This document shows positions 1 through 9,492 of a DNA stretch of 64,000 bases, one piece after another. The DNA is taken from assembly GCA_902620285.1 (NCBI GenBank), contig CACNHT010000005.1, positions 2,663 through 66,662 on the forward strand. Reading direction: 5' to 3'. The notes beneath the pieces are model-generated. The model made no database searches, was not told the DNA's origin, and saw only the letters and a program-made list of their open reading frames with translations. A program made the position numbers and the translations under genes. Source of the DNA: an uncultured Alphaproteobacteria bacterium (GTDB lineage Bacteria; Pseudomonadota; Alphaproteobacteria; HIMB59; GCA-002718135). Each line of letters begins with the position of its first letter. Within the stretch, counting starts at the first letter, position 1.

Positions 1-519
1 AAGAAAAGAAATAGTTCTTCTAATATTTGTCACTCTAATATAATTTACAATTTCTGCAGCACCGGAAGCTGATTTATAAAGTGATGAAGTCAGTTCTGGC
101 GAATTATCTTTGCCAACTATAATTCCTGCACAATCAAATAATGCACATGATCTCATTATTGAGCCAATATTTTGAGGGTCAGTTACTTGATCTAAAATTA
201 ATATTACTGATTTTGATTTTTTACTTTCTACTCTTACAAATTCTTCTAAACCTGGCCAAGTAAGATCTTTTGTTTTTAGAACTACTCCCTGCGTTGTGTT
301 TTCATTTCCAAATCTTCTTGTGAATTCATTTTGAGGAAGGATGGTAATTTTTTGTGTATTAGATTCATATTTTTTGGCAAAATTTGTCTGATTTTTACTA
401 ATTATAAGCTCAATATTCTCTCTTTTATCATTTTGAAGGGCTGCCTTAACAGAATGTTGACCAAAAATTGTCTGAATTCCTTGGTTTTTATTAGATTTAT
501 TATTTCTAAACTTACTCAT
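1..519 (-). CDS. rlmB: 23S rRNA 2'-O-methyltransferase RlmB / TrmH (SpoU) family, runs off the left edge of the window
   Basis: Manual minus-strand translation from ATG 519: MSKFRNNK...IFGQHSVKAAL...LILDQVTDPQNIGSIMRSCALF...KSASGAAE, which contains SpoU motif 1. Not in the ORF track because it is truncated. Divergent from tRNA-Tyr, as in other alphaproteobacteria. Confidence 0.88.
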   Translation of the reverse strand, partial: MSKFRNNKSNKNQGIQTIFGQHSVKAALQNDKRENIELIISKNQTNFAKKYESNTQKITILPQNEFTRRFGNENTTQGVVLKTKDLTWPGLEEFVRVESKKSKSVILILDQVTDPQNIGSIMRSCALFDCAGIIVGKDNSPELTSSLYKSASGAAEIVNYIRVTNIRRTISFL

Positions 520-644
520 GGTTTAATATCACAGATTTGTATAATTAATACAATCTAGATATGTACAAAAAGGCATTTTTTGTCTAAAAGGCCGTTGCTT
601 TTACGAGTATACGTATTTTGCAAAGGTGTAACTGCTGTTTTAGA

Positions 645-671
645 TTGACATATATACTAATTTATTAGTAT
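645..671 (+). promoter_or_regulatory. Putative sigma70 promoter for tRNA-Tyr/Gly-tuf
   Basis: Perfect TTGACA at 645-650, about 40 nt upstream of tRNA-Tyr. The -10 is only approximate (TAGTAT at 666-671). Confidence 0.45.
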
Positions 672-689
672 TGGCCAATTTCTTCAAAT

Positions 690-775
690 GGAGGGGTGGT
701 CGAGTGGTTAAAGGCAGCGGACTGTAAATCCGCCCGCGTGAGCGTACGTAGGTTCGAATCCTACCCCCTCCACCA
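690..775 (+). tRNA. tRNA-Tyr(GTA)
   Basis: GGAGGGG/CCCCTCC acceptor stem, GCGGA-CTGTAAA-TCCGC anticodon arm, long variable arm, GGTTCGAATCC T-loop, encoded CCA. Confidence 0.97.
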
Positions 776-833
776 TTATGGAGGTAATGGGATGAAAGCA
801 TTAAAGTGAGTGTGTGAAGCAGTCAGTTTAGTT

Positions 834-907
834 GCGGGTGTAGCTTAGTGGTAAAGCTCCAGCCTTCCAAGCTGGCTACGAGGGTTCGATTCCCTTCACC
901 CGCTCCA
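834..907 (+). tRNA. tRNA-Gly(TCC)
   Basis: GCGGGTG/CACCCGC acceptor stem, CCAGC-CTTCCAA-GCTGG anticodon arm, GGTTCGATTCC, CCA end. Confidence 0.97.
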
Positions 908-933
908 TAACAAAATATTATTGGGGTAAAAAA

Positions 934-2124
934 ATGGCTAAAGCAAAATTCGAAAGAAACAAACCGCATTGTAACATTGGAACTGTTGGTCACGTTGACC
1001 ATGGTAAAACAACATTAACAGCTGCTATAACTAAAATATTAGCAGAGACAGGTGGAGCAGAATTTACAGATTATGCAAACATTGACAAAGCACCTGAAGA
1101 GAGAGAGCGTGGAATAACTATTTCAACTGCACACGTTGAATATGAAACTGAAGCAAGACACTATGCACACGTTGACTGTCCTGGACACGCCGATTATGTA
1201 AAAAACATGATCACTGGTGCTGCTCAAATGGACGGAGGTATCTTAGTTGTTAATGCAGCTGACGGACCAATGCCTCAAACAAGAGAACACATACTTTTAG
1301 CTAGACAGGTAGGCGTGCCTGCACTTGTAGTATACATGAACAAAGTTGATCAAGTAGATGACAAAGAATTAATTGATCTAGTTGAAATGGAAATTAGAGA
1401 ACTTCTTACTTCATATGAATTCCCAGGTGATACTATCCCAATCATTAAGGGTTCAGCTTTAGCAGCTCTAGAAGGTAGAGATGATGAAATTGGAAAAAAT
1501 TCAATTATGGAATTAATGAAAGCAGTTGATGAACATATACCACAACCTAGCCGACCTGTAGATCAGCCTTTCCTAATGCCTGTTGAGGATGTATTTTCAA
1601 TTTCTGGTAGAGGTACTGTTGTGACTGGAAGAATTGAACAAGGTCAAGTTAAAGTCGGAGAGGAAATTGAAATCCTAGGAATTAGAGAGCCTCAAAAAAC
1701 TACTTGTACTGGAGTTGAAATGTTTAGAAAACTCTTAGACTCTGGTGAGGCTGGAGACAACGTTGGTGTTCTTCTTCGTGGTACCAAAAGAGAGGAAGTT
1801 GAACGTGGTCAAGTATTAGCTAAACCTGGCTCAATAAAACCTCATACAAAATTTAAAGCAGAAGCATATGTATTAAAAAAAGAAGAGGGTGGAAGACATA
1901 CCCCATTCTTTTCAAACTACAGACCTCAATTCTACTTTAGAACAACTGATGTAACTGGAACAATTAAATTACCAGAAGGAACCGAAATGGTAATGCCTGG
2001 TGATAACATTGCTATGGAAGTTACTCTTTTGTCTCCAATTGCAATGGATAAAGGGTTAAAATTTGCGATTAGAGAAGGTGGAAGAACAGTTGGTGCCGGA
2101 GTTGTTGCTGAAATTATTGAATAG
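934..2124 (+). CDS. tuf: Elongation factor Tu
   Basis: [24 protein letters not shown] and NKVD motifs. Confidence 0.99.
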   Translation: MAKAKFERNKPHCNIGTVGHVDHGKTTLTAAITKILAETGGAEFTDYANIDKAPEERERGITISTAHVEYETEARHYAHVDCPGHADYVKNMITGAAQMDGGILVVNAADGPMPQTREHILLARQVGVPALVVYMNKVDQVDDKELIDLVEMEIRELLTSYEFPGDTIPIIKGSALAALEGRDDEIGKNSIMELMKAVDEHIPQPSRPVDQPFLMPVEDVFSISGRGTVVTGRIEQGQVKVGEEIEILGIREPQKTTCTGVEMFRKLLDSGEAGDNVGVLLRGTKREEVERGQVLAKPGSIKPHTKFKAEAYVLKKEEGGRHTPFFSNYRPQFYFRTTDVTGTIKLPEGTEMVMPGDNIAMEVTLLSPIAMDKGLKFAIREGGRTVGAGVVAEIIE

Positions 2125-2161
2125 TTTTAGAGACCACTTTATCAGTTAGCCAATACTTATT

Positions 2162-2237
2162 AGGAGTGTAGCTCAACTGGTAGAGCACCGGTCTCCAAAA
2201 CCGGGGGCTGCGGGTTCAAGTCCTGCCACTCCTGCCA
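2162..2237 (+). tRNA. tRNA-Trp(CCA)
   Basis: AGGAGTG/CACTCCT acceptor stem, CCGGT-CTCCAAA-ACCGG anticodon arm, GGTTCAAGTCC, CCA end; classic position before secE. Confidence 0.97.
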
Positions 2238-2251
2238 AGAGAAATGAAATT

Positions 2252-2467
2252 ATGAATATTGAAAAAAAGAAAACATCACCAGCACTTTTTGTAAGACAAG
2301 TTAGACAAGAATTACAAAAAGTAACTTGGCCTCAGAGAAGAGATACTTTTATTTCATCTGCAATAGTCATATTATTAATTATATTATTCTCATTATTTTT
2401 TCTTTTAACTGATCAAATATGGTCTTTCTCAATAAGAAAAATAATTGAAATAGGTTCAGGTTTTTAA
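2252..2467 (+). CDS. secE: Preprotein translocase subunit SecE
   Basis: ELQKVTWP motif plus one TM helix; lies between tRNA-Trp and nusG. Confidence 0.95.
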   Translation: MNIEKKKTSPALFVRQVRQELQKVTWPQRRDTFISSAIVILLIILFSLFFLLTDQIWSFSIRKIIEIGSGF

Positions 2468-3000
2468 TGAATAAAGCAAGATGGTACGTTCTTCATGCCT
2501 ATTCAGGTTATGAAAAAAAAGTTGCTGATAGTATTCTAGACCAAGCAACAAAACTTGGTGTTAAGGATCATATCGAAGAAATATCTGTCCCAGTTCAAAA
2601 CATTGTTGAAGTAAAAAGAGGTGTAAGGGTAAATACAGAAAGAAAAATATTTCCTGGCTATATACTTATTAAAATGAACTTAAATGATGATACTTGGCAT
2701 ATAATTAAAACAACTCCAAAGCTAAGTGGTTTTTTAGGTAATAAAGGTAAACCAGTTCCTATTAGTAATGCTGAAGCAAAAAGAATATCTGAACAAGTTA
2801 TTGATGGTGTAGAAAAATCAAGACCTGCTATAATGTACGACGTTGGAGAACAAGTAAAAGTAATTGATGGACCCTTTGCATCATTTAATGGAGAAGTCGA
2901 ACAAATAGATGAAGATAAAGCAAGATTAAGAGTAGCTGTTTCAATTTTTGGAAGATCAACACCTGTTGATTTAGAATATTCTCAGGTAGAAAAGGTATAA
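2467..3000 (+). CDS. nusG: Transcription termination/antitermination factor NusG
   Basis: WYVLHAYSGYE, FPGYI, KOW motif DGPFASFNG, SIFGRSTPVDL. Confidence 0.98.
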   Translation: MNKARWYVLHAYSGYEKKVADSILDQATKLGVKDHIEEISVPVQNIVEVKRGVRVNTERKIFPGYILIKMNLNDDTWHIIKTTPKLSGFLGNKGKPVPISNAEAKRISEQVIDGVEKSRPAIMYDVGEQVKVIDGPFASFNGEVEQIDEDKARLRVAVSIFGRSTPVDLEYSQVEKV

Positions 3001-3003
3001 ACT

Positions 3004-3432
3004 ATGGCTAAAGAAATTTTAGGTTTAATTAAATTACAAATCCCTGCTGGAGGAGCTAACCCTTCACCTCCCGTTGGCCCTGCTCTTGGACAAAGAGGGT
3101 TGAATATAATGGATTTTTGTAAAGCATTTAATGATAAAACAAAAGATTTAGAAAAAGGTGCGCCAATTCCAGTTATTATAACAGCATACAAAGATAGAAG
3201 CTTTGATTTTACGACAAAATTACCACCAGTAAGTTTTTATCTTAAAAAAGCAGCAAAAATAAAAAAAGGAAACTCAACTCCTGGAAGATCATTAGTAGGT
3301 AAAGTCTCAATGCAAGATATTGAAAAAATTGCCAAAGAAAAAATGCAAGATTTAAATGCCATTGATCTAGATGGAGCAATGAACATGGTTAAAGGTTCTG
3401 CCGTTTCAATGGGTATGGAGGTAGTTGGTTAA
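3004..3432 (+). CDS. rplK: 50S ribosomal protein L11
   Basis: [26 protein letters not shown]. Confidence 0.98.
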   Translation: MAKEILGLIKLQIPAGGANPSPPVGPALGQRGLNIMDFCKAFNDKTKDLEKGAPIPVIITAYKDRSFDFTTKLPPVSFYLKKAAKIKKGNSTPGRSLVGKVSMQDIEKIAKEKMQDLNAIDLDGAMNMVKGSAVSMGMEVVG

Positions 3433-4121
3433 TGAAAATAACAAAAAATAGAAAACAAATGTTAAATAATTTTGACACTTCAAAGATTTACGAACCGCTA
3501 GAAGCCATTAAAATTTTAAAAGAAAAGTCTTTCGTTAAGTTTAAAGAAACTATTGATATTTCTATCAACCTCGGAATTGATAGCAACAAAACTGATCAAA
3601 ATATTAAGGGTGTAGTAAATCTTCCTAATGGAACTGGAAAAACTGTAAAAGTCGCAGTAATTGCAAATGATGACAAACAAAAAGATGCAAAAAGTAATGG
3701 CGCCGATTTGGTAGGGAGTGATGATTTGATTGAAACAATTTCTAAATCAAAAATAGAATTTGATGTTTTAATTGCGACTCCAGATATGATGCCAAAATTA
3801 GGTAAAGTAGCAAAAATACTTGGTCCAAAAGGATTAATGCCAAACCCTAAGCTCGGTACTGTAACAAATGAAATTTCTCAATCAGTAAAAGACGCTAAGT
3901 CAGGTCAAGTCAAATTCAAAAATGATAAATCTGGTATCGTTCATGCTGGTGTTGGCAAACTAGATTTTAGCGAAGAAGATTTGTTAGAAAATATTAAAAC
4001 ATTTTATTCTTCAGTTAGTAAAAGTAAACCTGATGCTGTTAAGGGTTCTTTTATAAAAAAGGTTACCATAGCTTCAACTATGGGAGTTGGATTAAATATT
4101 AACCAAGCAAGCTTGCGTTAA
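3432..4121 (+). CDS. rplA: 50S ribosomal protein L1
   Basis: LGPKGLMPNPKLGTVT, STMGVG. Confidence 0.98.
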   Translation: MKITKNRKQMLNNFDTSKIYEPLEAIKILKEKSFVKFKETIDISINLGIDSNKTDQNIKGVVNLPNGTGKTVKVAVIANDDKQKDAKSNGADLVGSDDLIETISKSKIEFDVLIATPDMMPKLGKVAKILGPKGLMPNPKLGTVTNEISQSVKDAKSGQVKFKNDKSGIVHAGVGKLDFSEEDLLENIKTFYSSVSKSKPDAVKGSFIKKVTIASTMGVGLNINQASLR

Positions 4122-4150
4122 TTAATCCAATCGATGATCTATGATCATCA

Positions 4151-4228
4151 CCTGTCAAAGACTGCAGGGGCATAAAGCTTAATTTCCTGCATAGACTGAA
4201 GCGAGTCATTGATTTGCTTCTTGACAGG
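4151..4228 (+). promoter_or_regulatory. L10(L12)4 autoregulatory leader RNA (rplJ leader)
   Basis: AAGACTGCAGG...TTAA..CCTGCATAGAC core typical of L10 leaders, closed by a CCTGTCAA(4151-58)/TTGACAGG(4221-28) helix, in the rplA-rplJ spacer. Confidence 0.8.
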
Positions 4229-4304
4229 CTTTAAATTAGTTTGGTGGGCAAACTAATTTTAGCTAATATTGGATCTTATGGGTCCAATTAAAACCGAGGT
4301 TGAC

Positions 4305-4826
4305 GTGAAACGTTCTGAAAAAAAAGATTTTGTAAGTAATCTCAAAGAAGACTTTTCAAATGCTACTTCTGTGATTGTGGCTGAATATTCTGGGCTTACA
4401 GTAAATGAAACAGAGCAACTTAGAAAAGAAATGAGAGATAATGGAGCAAAATTTAAAGTAACTAAGAACAGACTCACTAAACTTGCTATATCTGAAACTC
4501 AATTTAAAGATATTTCTGAGCTTTTCAAAGGTCCAACTGCAATTGCTTACTCTGATGATGCAGTAGCACCAGCAAAAGTAGCAGTTAGCTTTGAGAAAAA
4601 ATTTGAAAATTTTAAAATTATTGGTGGAGGTTATAATGGAGAGAAAATTGATAAAGAAAAAATTGATTTTCTCGCAAAATTACCTTCTTTAGATGAGTTA
4701 AGAGGAAAAATAATAGGACTAATTTCAGCACCTGCTCAAAAGATAGCTTCAATTACAGCTGAACCTGGAGCACAAATTGCAAGATTAATTAGTTCTAACA
4801 GTAGCAATAAACAAGAGTCGAACTAG
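4305..4826 (+). CDS. rplJ: 50S ribosomal protein L10
   Basis: LRKEMR...KVTKNRLTK...GPTAIAYS...LAKLPSLDELR. Start moved to GTG 4305 because of the GAGGT SD at 4296-4300. Confidence 0.96.
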   Translation: MKRSEKKDFVSNLKEDFSNATSVIVAEYSGLTVNETEQLRKEMRDNGAKFKVTKNRLTKLAISETQFKDISELFKGPTAIAYSDDAVAPAKVAVSFEKKFENFKIIGGGYNGEKIDKEKIDFLAKLPSLDELRGKIIGLISAPAQKIASITAEPGAQIARLISSNSSNKQESN

Positions 4827-4844
4827 GTAAATAAGGAGAAATAA

Positions 4845-5222
4845 ATGGCTGATTTAAATAAAATTGTTGAAGATCTCTCTTCTCTTACTGTTCTTGAAGC
4901 AGCTGAATTAAGTAAGTTGCTTGAAGATAAGTGGGGTGTCTCAGCAGCTGCACCAGTAGCAGTCGCAGCAGCACCTGCAGCAGGAGGTGGCGAAACTGCT
5001 GCTGAGGAAAAAACAGAATTTGATCTAGAATTAACAGAATCTGGATCTAATAAAATTGCTGTAATTAAAGAAGTAAGAACTATTACAGGATTAGGGCTTA
5101 AAGAAGCAAAAGATCTTGTAGAGGGAGCTCCTAAACCTTTGAAACAAGGTGTAAAAAAAGAAGAAGCTGAAGAAATGAAAAAAGCATTAGAAGCAGCTGG
5201 AGCAAAGGTTACACTTAAATAA
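4845..5222 (+). CDS. rplL: 50S ribosomal protein L7/L12
   Basis: Ala-rich hinge; [24 protein letters not shown]. Confidence 0.98.
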   Translation: MADLNKIVEDLSSLTVLEAAELSKLLEDKWGVSAAAPVAVAAAPAAGGGETAAEEKTEFDLELTESGSNKIAVIKEVRTITGLGLKEAKDLVEGAPKPLKQGVKKEEAEEMKKALEAAGAKVTLK

Positions 5223-5227
5223 AACAA

Positions 5228-5254
5228 AATGTAGGCCTTAAAAAGGCCTACATT
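5228..5254 (+). terminator. Stem-loop (terminator/attenuator) between rplL and rpoB
   Basis: Perfect 12-bp inverted repeat AATGTAGGCCTT-aaa-AAGGCCTACATT followed by an AT-rich tail. Confidence 0.7.
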
Positions 5255-5280
5255 ATTAATTATTATATTAAGGAGAAAAA

Positions 5281-8200
5281 GTGAGTTTAGATCATATAAA
5301 TTTAAAAAAGATTAGAAAATCTTTTGGCAAAATTCCTCTTGTTACATCTTTACCAAACCTAGTTGAGGTTCAAAAAAGATCATTTGATAATTTCTTACAG
5401 TTAAAAACTGAACCGAATAAAAGAGAAAATTTTGGTCTTCACTCAATTTTTAAATCAGTATTTCCAATTCATGATTATACTGAAAGAGCAACTGTTGACT
5501 ATGTTAGTTATAATATCGGCATTCCCAAATACGATGTTGATGAATGTTCTCAAAGAGGAATGACTTATGGTGCTCCACTTTTAGTAAATTTTCAACTTAT
5601 TATATGGGATATAGACGAAATAGCTGGAACAAAATCTGTAAGAGATATCAAGGAGCAAGAAGTTTATATGGGAGATATTCCATTGATGACTAATAATGCA
5701 ACTTTCGTTGTTAATGGAACAGAAAGAGTAGTGGTTAGTCAAATGCATCGTTCCCCAGGTGTTTTTTTTGATCATGATTTTGGAAAAACGCATACTAGTG
5801 GAAAATACTTATTTAACGCTAGAATAATACCTTACCGAGGCTCTTGGTTAGATTTTGAACACGATGCAAAAAATAACATACACGCTAGAATTGATAGAAA
5901 AAGAAAATTTCCAGTAACTACTTTACTCAAATGTTTATTAAGCAATTTATCTGAAAAGTATATTGAAGATTGTGATAAAAATAAAATAGAGCCTGACCCA
6001 AAAAGAATACTTGGCATGACTGCTGAAGAAATATTATCTATATTTTATGATAATGTTTTATATAAAAAAAATGAATATGGTTGGTCTTTTAAACAAGATC
6101 TTACTTATTTTAAGGGTAAAATATTAAATTATGATTTAATTGATTCAAAAAATGGAAAAATTTTAATTAGCAAAGGTACAAAAGTTAATCAAAAGATACT
6201 TAATGATTTGAAGAAGAAAAATAATTTAAGTGTATCAATTAATGAAGAGTCTTTATTAGGGTTCTACCTATCTTCAGATATAATTGATGAAAAAACTGGT
6301 AAGATATTTTTTGAAGCTGGCTATGAAATAGATGAGACATTTTTGGATTTTTTAAAAGAATTTAAGGTTAATAAGCTAGATGTTTTAAAAGTAGATAATA
6401 TAGAAATTGGTTCTTATATAAGAAATACATTACAATTAGATAAAGCTAGATCAAGAGAAGAAGCTCTATTTGAAGTATTTAAAATTTTAAGACCAGGCGA
6501 GCCTCCTACGATTGAAACAGCTGAAAATCTTTTTAACAATTTGTTTTTTAATGGTGATAGATATGATTTATCATCTGTAGGAAGATTAAAAATTAGTGCA
6601 AAATTTAAAAAAACTACATCTATTGAAAAAAGGATTCTAGACAAAAGCGATATCATTGATGTTGTAAAACATATGCATAATTTGATTGATGGTAAGGGAG
6701 AAATTGATGACATTGATCATTTAGCTAACAGAAGAGTTAGGTCAGTAGGTGAGTTATTAGAAAATCAATATAGAATTGGTTTGCTAAAAATGGACAGGGC
6801 CATCAAAGAAAGATTAAGTTCACTTGAAGTTGATAATATAATGCCGCAAGATATAGTTAATGCTAAACCAGTTGTGGCATCAATAAAAGAATTCTTTGGA
6901 TTAAGTCAGCTTAGTCAATTTATGGATCAAACAAATCCACTTAGTGAAATTACCCATAAAAGAAGAGTATCAGCTTTAGGACCAGGAGGATTAAATAGAG
7001 AAAGAGCAGGTTTCGAAGTTAGAGATGTGCATCAAACTCATTATGGAAGAATTTGCCCTATTGAAACACCTGAAGGTGCAAATATTGGTTTAATTAATAG
7101 TTTAGCGTCCTACTCTAGAATAAACAGATATGGTTTTATTGAAACTCCTTATAGAATAGTAAACTCTGGAAAAGTTAGTGACAAGGTTGTTTATCTTAGC
7201 GCCATCGATGAAGAAGATTTTGTAATTGCGCAGGCAAATGCTGAAATAGACTCAAAAGGAAAATTTTCTAATCAAATTGTAAGTTGTAGAAAAAATGGTG
7301 AATTCATAAATGTAGATGTTGACGCTATTGATCTTATGGACGTTTCACCTCAACAGTTAGTATCAGTAGCTTCATCTTTGATTCCTTTTTTAGAAAATGA
7401 TGATGCAAATAGAGCATTGATGGGATCAAATATGATGAGGCAAGCCGTACCCCTAATTAAACCAAAGGCTCCATTAGTTGGAACAGGTATGGAATACACA
7501 GTAGCAAATGATAGTGGATCCACAATAGTAGCTAAAAGAGAAGGAGTTGTTGATCAACTTGATGCAAACAGAATTGTAATAAGAGTAACTGATAAGAATG
7601 ACAAATCTCTCAATAAAATAGATATTTATAATTTATCAAAATTTGAAAGATCTAATCAAAATACATGCATCACCCAACGCCCACTTGTTAATGTTGGTGA
7701 TAAAATTTCTAGAAACCAAGTAATAGCAGACGGGCCAGCAACTGATTTAGGAGAATTAGCATTAGGTAGAAATGTTCTTGCGGCTTTTATGCCTTGGAAT
7801 GGATACAATTTCGAAGATTCAATCTTAATTTCAGAAAAAGTTGTTCAAGATGATGTTTTCACTTCTATACACGTAGAAGAATTTGAAGTTATGTCACGTG
7901 ATACAAAACTAGGTCCGGAAGAAATAACAAGAGATATCCCTAATGCTAGTGAGGAAATGCTAATTAATTTAGATGAAACTGGAATTGTCTATGTGGGAGC
8001 AGAAGTAAACTCAGGAGATATACTCGTAGGAAAAGTTACACCTAAAGGCGAATCCCCAATGACTCCAGAAGAAAAATTATTGAGAGCTATATTTGGAGAA
8101 AAGGCAGCAGATGTAAAAGATACGAGCCTTAGAGTTCCACCAGGAGTAAAAGGTACAGTTGTTGAAATAAGAGTTTTTTCAAGAAGAGGGATCGAAAAAG

Positions 8201-9492
8201 ATGAACGTGCTATAAGCATAGAAAATCATCAAATCGAAGTTGTGGCTAGAGATAGAGATGATGAACTTGAAATTCTTGAAAAAAGTTTTGGTAATCATTT
8301 AAGGGAATTACTTACCAACCAAACATTCATTTCTGGGATTGATATTCTTTCTAAAAATACAACTATCCAATATGAAATGATCGAAAATCTTCCATTAAAT
8401 GATTTACTTAAAATTAATATTTCAGATGAGAAAAAAAGTAATCAGATAGAATCACTGGTTAAAAATTATGAGAACCAACTTGGAAATATAAATCAAAAAT
8501 TTGAAAACAAAATTGATAAAATTCAAAGCGGTGATGAATTGTTACCTGGAGTTCTTAAATTAATAAAAGTATTTATTTCTGTAAAAAGAAAACTTCAACC
8601 TGGAGATAAAATGGCTGGAAGACACGGAAATAAAGGGGTAATTTCAAAAATTTGTCCTGTTGAAGATATGCCTTATTTAGAGGATGGAACTCCTGTTGAT
8701 ATTGTGCTTAATCCCCTAGGTGTTCCAAGTAGAATGAATATTGGTCAAATATTAGAAACACATTTAGGATGGGCATCAGCATCTCTTGGAAGACAAGTAA
8801 ATCAAATGTTAAATAAAATACAATTCCAGGGACAGACCAACGATTTACGAAATAAACTTTTAGAAATTTATAATCTTGGTGAACATCAATCAATAATAAA
8901 AAAAATGAATGATGATGAAATTCTTGAATTAGGAAATAATCTAAAAGAAGGTATACCTTTCGCAACCCCAGTTTTTGATGGTGCAAAAGAAAAAGATATT
9001 ACAAAACTTTTGGAACAATCAGGAGTTTCTAAAACTGGACAAGAAATATTATATGATGGAATCACTGGTAAAAAATTTGAAAGACCTGTTACAGTTGGAT
9101 ATATGTATATGTTAAAATTACATCATTTAGTTGATGAAAAAATTCACGCTAGATCAATTGGTCCATATAGCCTTGTTACACAACAACCTCTTGGAGGGAA
9201 GGCTCAGTTCGGTGGTCAAAGATTTGGAGAAATGGAAGTTTGGGCTTTGGAAGCTTACGGTGCTGCCTATACTCTTCAAGAAATTTTAACAATAAAGTCT
9301 GATGACGTTGCTGGTAGAACTAAAGTATATGAATCTATTGTTAAAGGTGATAACAACTTTGAATCAGGTACTCCAGAGTCATTTAACGTTATGGTAAAAG
9401 AATTAAGATCTTTAGGTTTAAACTTAGATTTCAAAGAAAACATACAAGAAAATAAATTAACAAATCTAATAGGCACAGGTGCAAATGAATAA
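5281..9492 (+). CDS. rpoB: RNA polymerase beta subunit
   Basis: [48 protein letters not shown]; GTG start with AAGGAG SD. Confidence 0.99.
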   Translation: MSLDHINLKKIRKSFGKIPLVTSLPNLVEVQKRSFDNFLQLKTEPNKRENFGLHSIFKSVFPIHDYTERATVDYVSYNIGIPKYDVDECSQRGMTYGAPLLVNFQLIIWDIDEIAGTKSVRDIKEQEVYMGDIPLMTNNATFVVNGTERVVVSQMHRSPGVFFDHDFGKTHTSGKYLFNARIIPYRGSWLDFEHDAKNNIHARIDRKRKFPVTTLLKCLLSNLSEKYIEDCDKNKIEPDPKRILGMTAEEILSIFYDNVLYKKNEYGWSFKQDLTYFKGKILNYDLIDSKNGKILISKGTKVNQKILNDLKKKNNLSVSINEESLLGFYLSSDIIDEKTGKIFFEAGYEIDETFLDFLKEFKVNKLDVLKVDNIEIGSYIRNTLQLDKARSREEALFEVFKILRPGEPPTIETAENLFNNLFFNGDRYDLSSVGRLKISAKFKKTTSIEKRILDKSDIIDVVKHMHNLIDGKGEIDDIDHLANRRVRSVGELLENQYRIGLLKMDRAIKERLSSLEVDNIMPQDIVNAKPVVASIKEFFGLSQLSQFMDQTNPLSEITHKRRVSALGPGGLNRERAGFEVRDVHQTHYGRICPIETPEGANIGLINSLASYSRINRYGFIETPYRIVNSGKVSDKVVYLSAIDEEDFVIAQANAEIDSKGKFSNQIVSCRKNGEFINVDVDAIDLMDVSPQQLVSVASSLIPFLENDDANRALMGSNMMRQAVPLIKPKAPLVGTGMEYTVANDSGSTIVAKREGVVDQLDANRIVIRVTDKNDKSLNKIDIYNLSKFERSNQNTCITQRPLVNVGDKISRNQVIADGPATDLGELALGRNVLAAFMPWNGYNFEDSILISEKVVQDDVFTSIHVEEFEVMSRDTKLGPEEITRDIPNASEEMLINLDETGIVYVGAEVNSGDILVGKVTPKGESPMTPEEKLLRAIFGEKAADVKDTSLRVPPGVKGTVVEIRVFSRRGIEKDERAISIENHQIEVVARDRDDELEILEKSFGNHLRELLTNQTFISGIDILSKNTTIQYEMIENLPLNDLLKINISDEKKSNQIESLVKNYENQLGNINQKFENKIDKIQSGDELLPGVLKLIKVFISVKRKLQPGDKMAGRHGNKGVISKICPVEDMPYLEDGTPVDIVLNPLGVPSRMNIGQILETHLGWASASLGRQVNQMLNKIQFQGQTNDLRNKLLEIYNLGEHQSIIKKMNDDEILELGNNLKEGIPFATPVFDGAKEKDITKLLEQSGVSKTGQEILYDGITGKKFERPVTVGYMYMLKLHHLVDEKIHARSIGPYSLVTQQPLGGKAQFGGQRFGEMEVWALEAYGAAYTLQEILTIKSDDVAGRTKVYESIVKGDNNFESGTPESFNVMVKELRSLGLNLDFKENIQENKLTNLIGTGANE

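Noticed and set aside
331-558. 75-aa plus-strand ORF in the track
   Set aside because: It is the antisense shadow of the truncated rlmB gene on the minus strand and has no recognisable motifs.
6890-7100. RpoB rifampicin-region variants (HQTH, PEGANIG)
   Set aside because: The key rifampicin-contact residues in SQFMDQ.N.LSE.THKRR.S are canonical, so there is no basis for a resistance claim.
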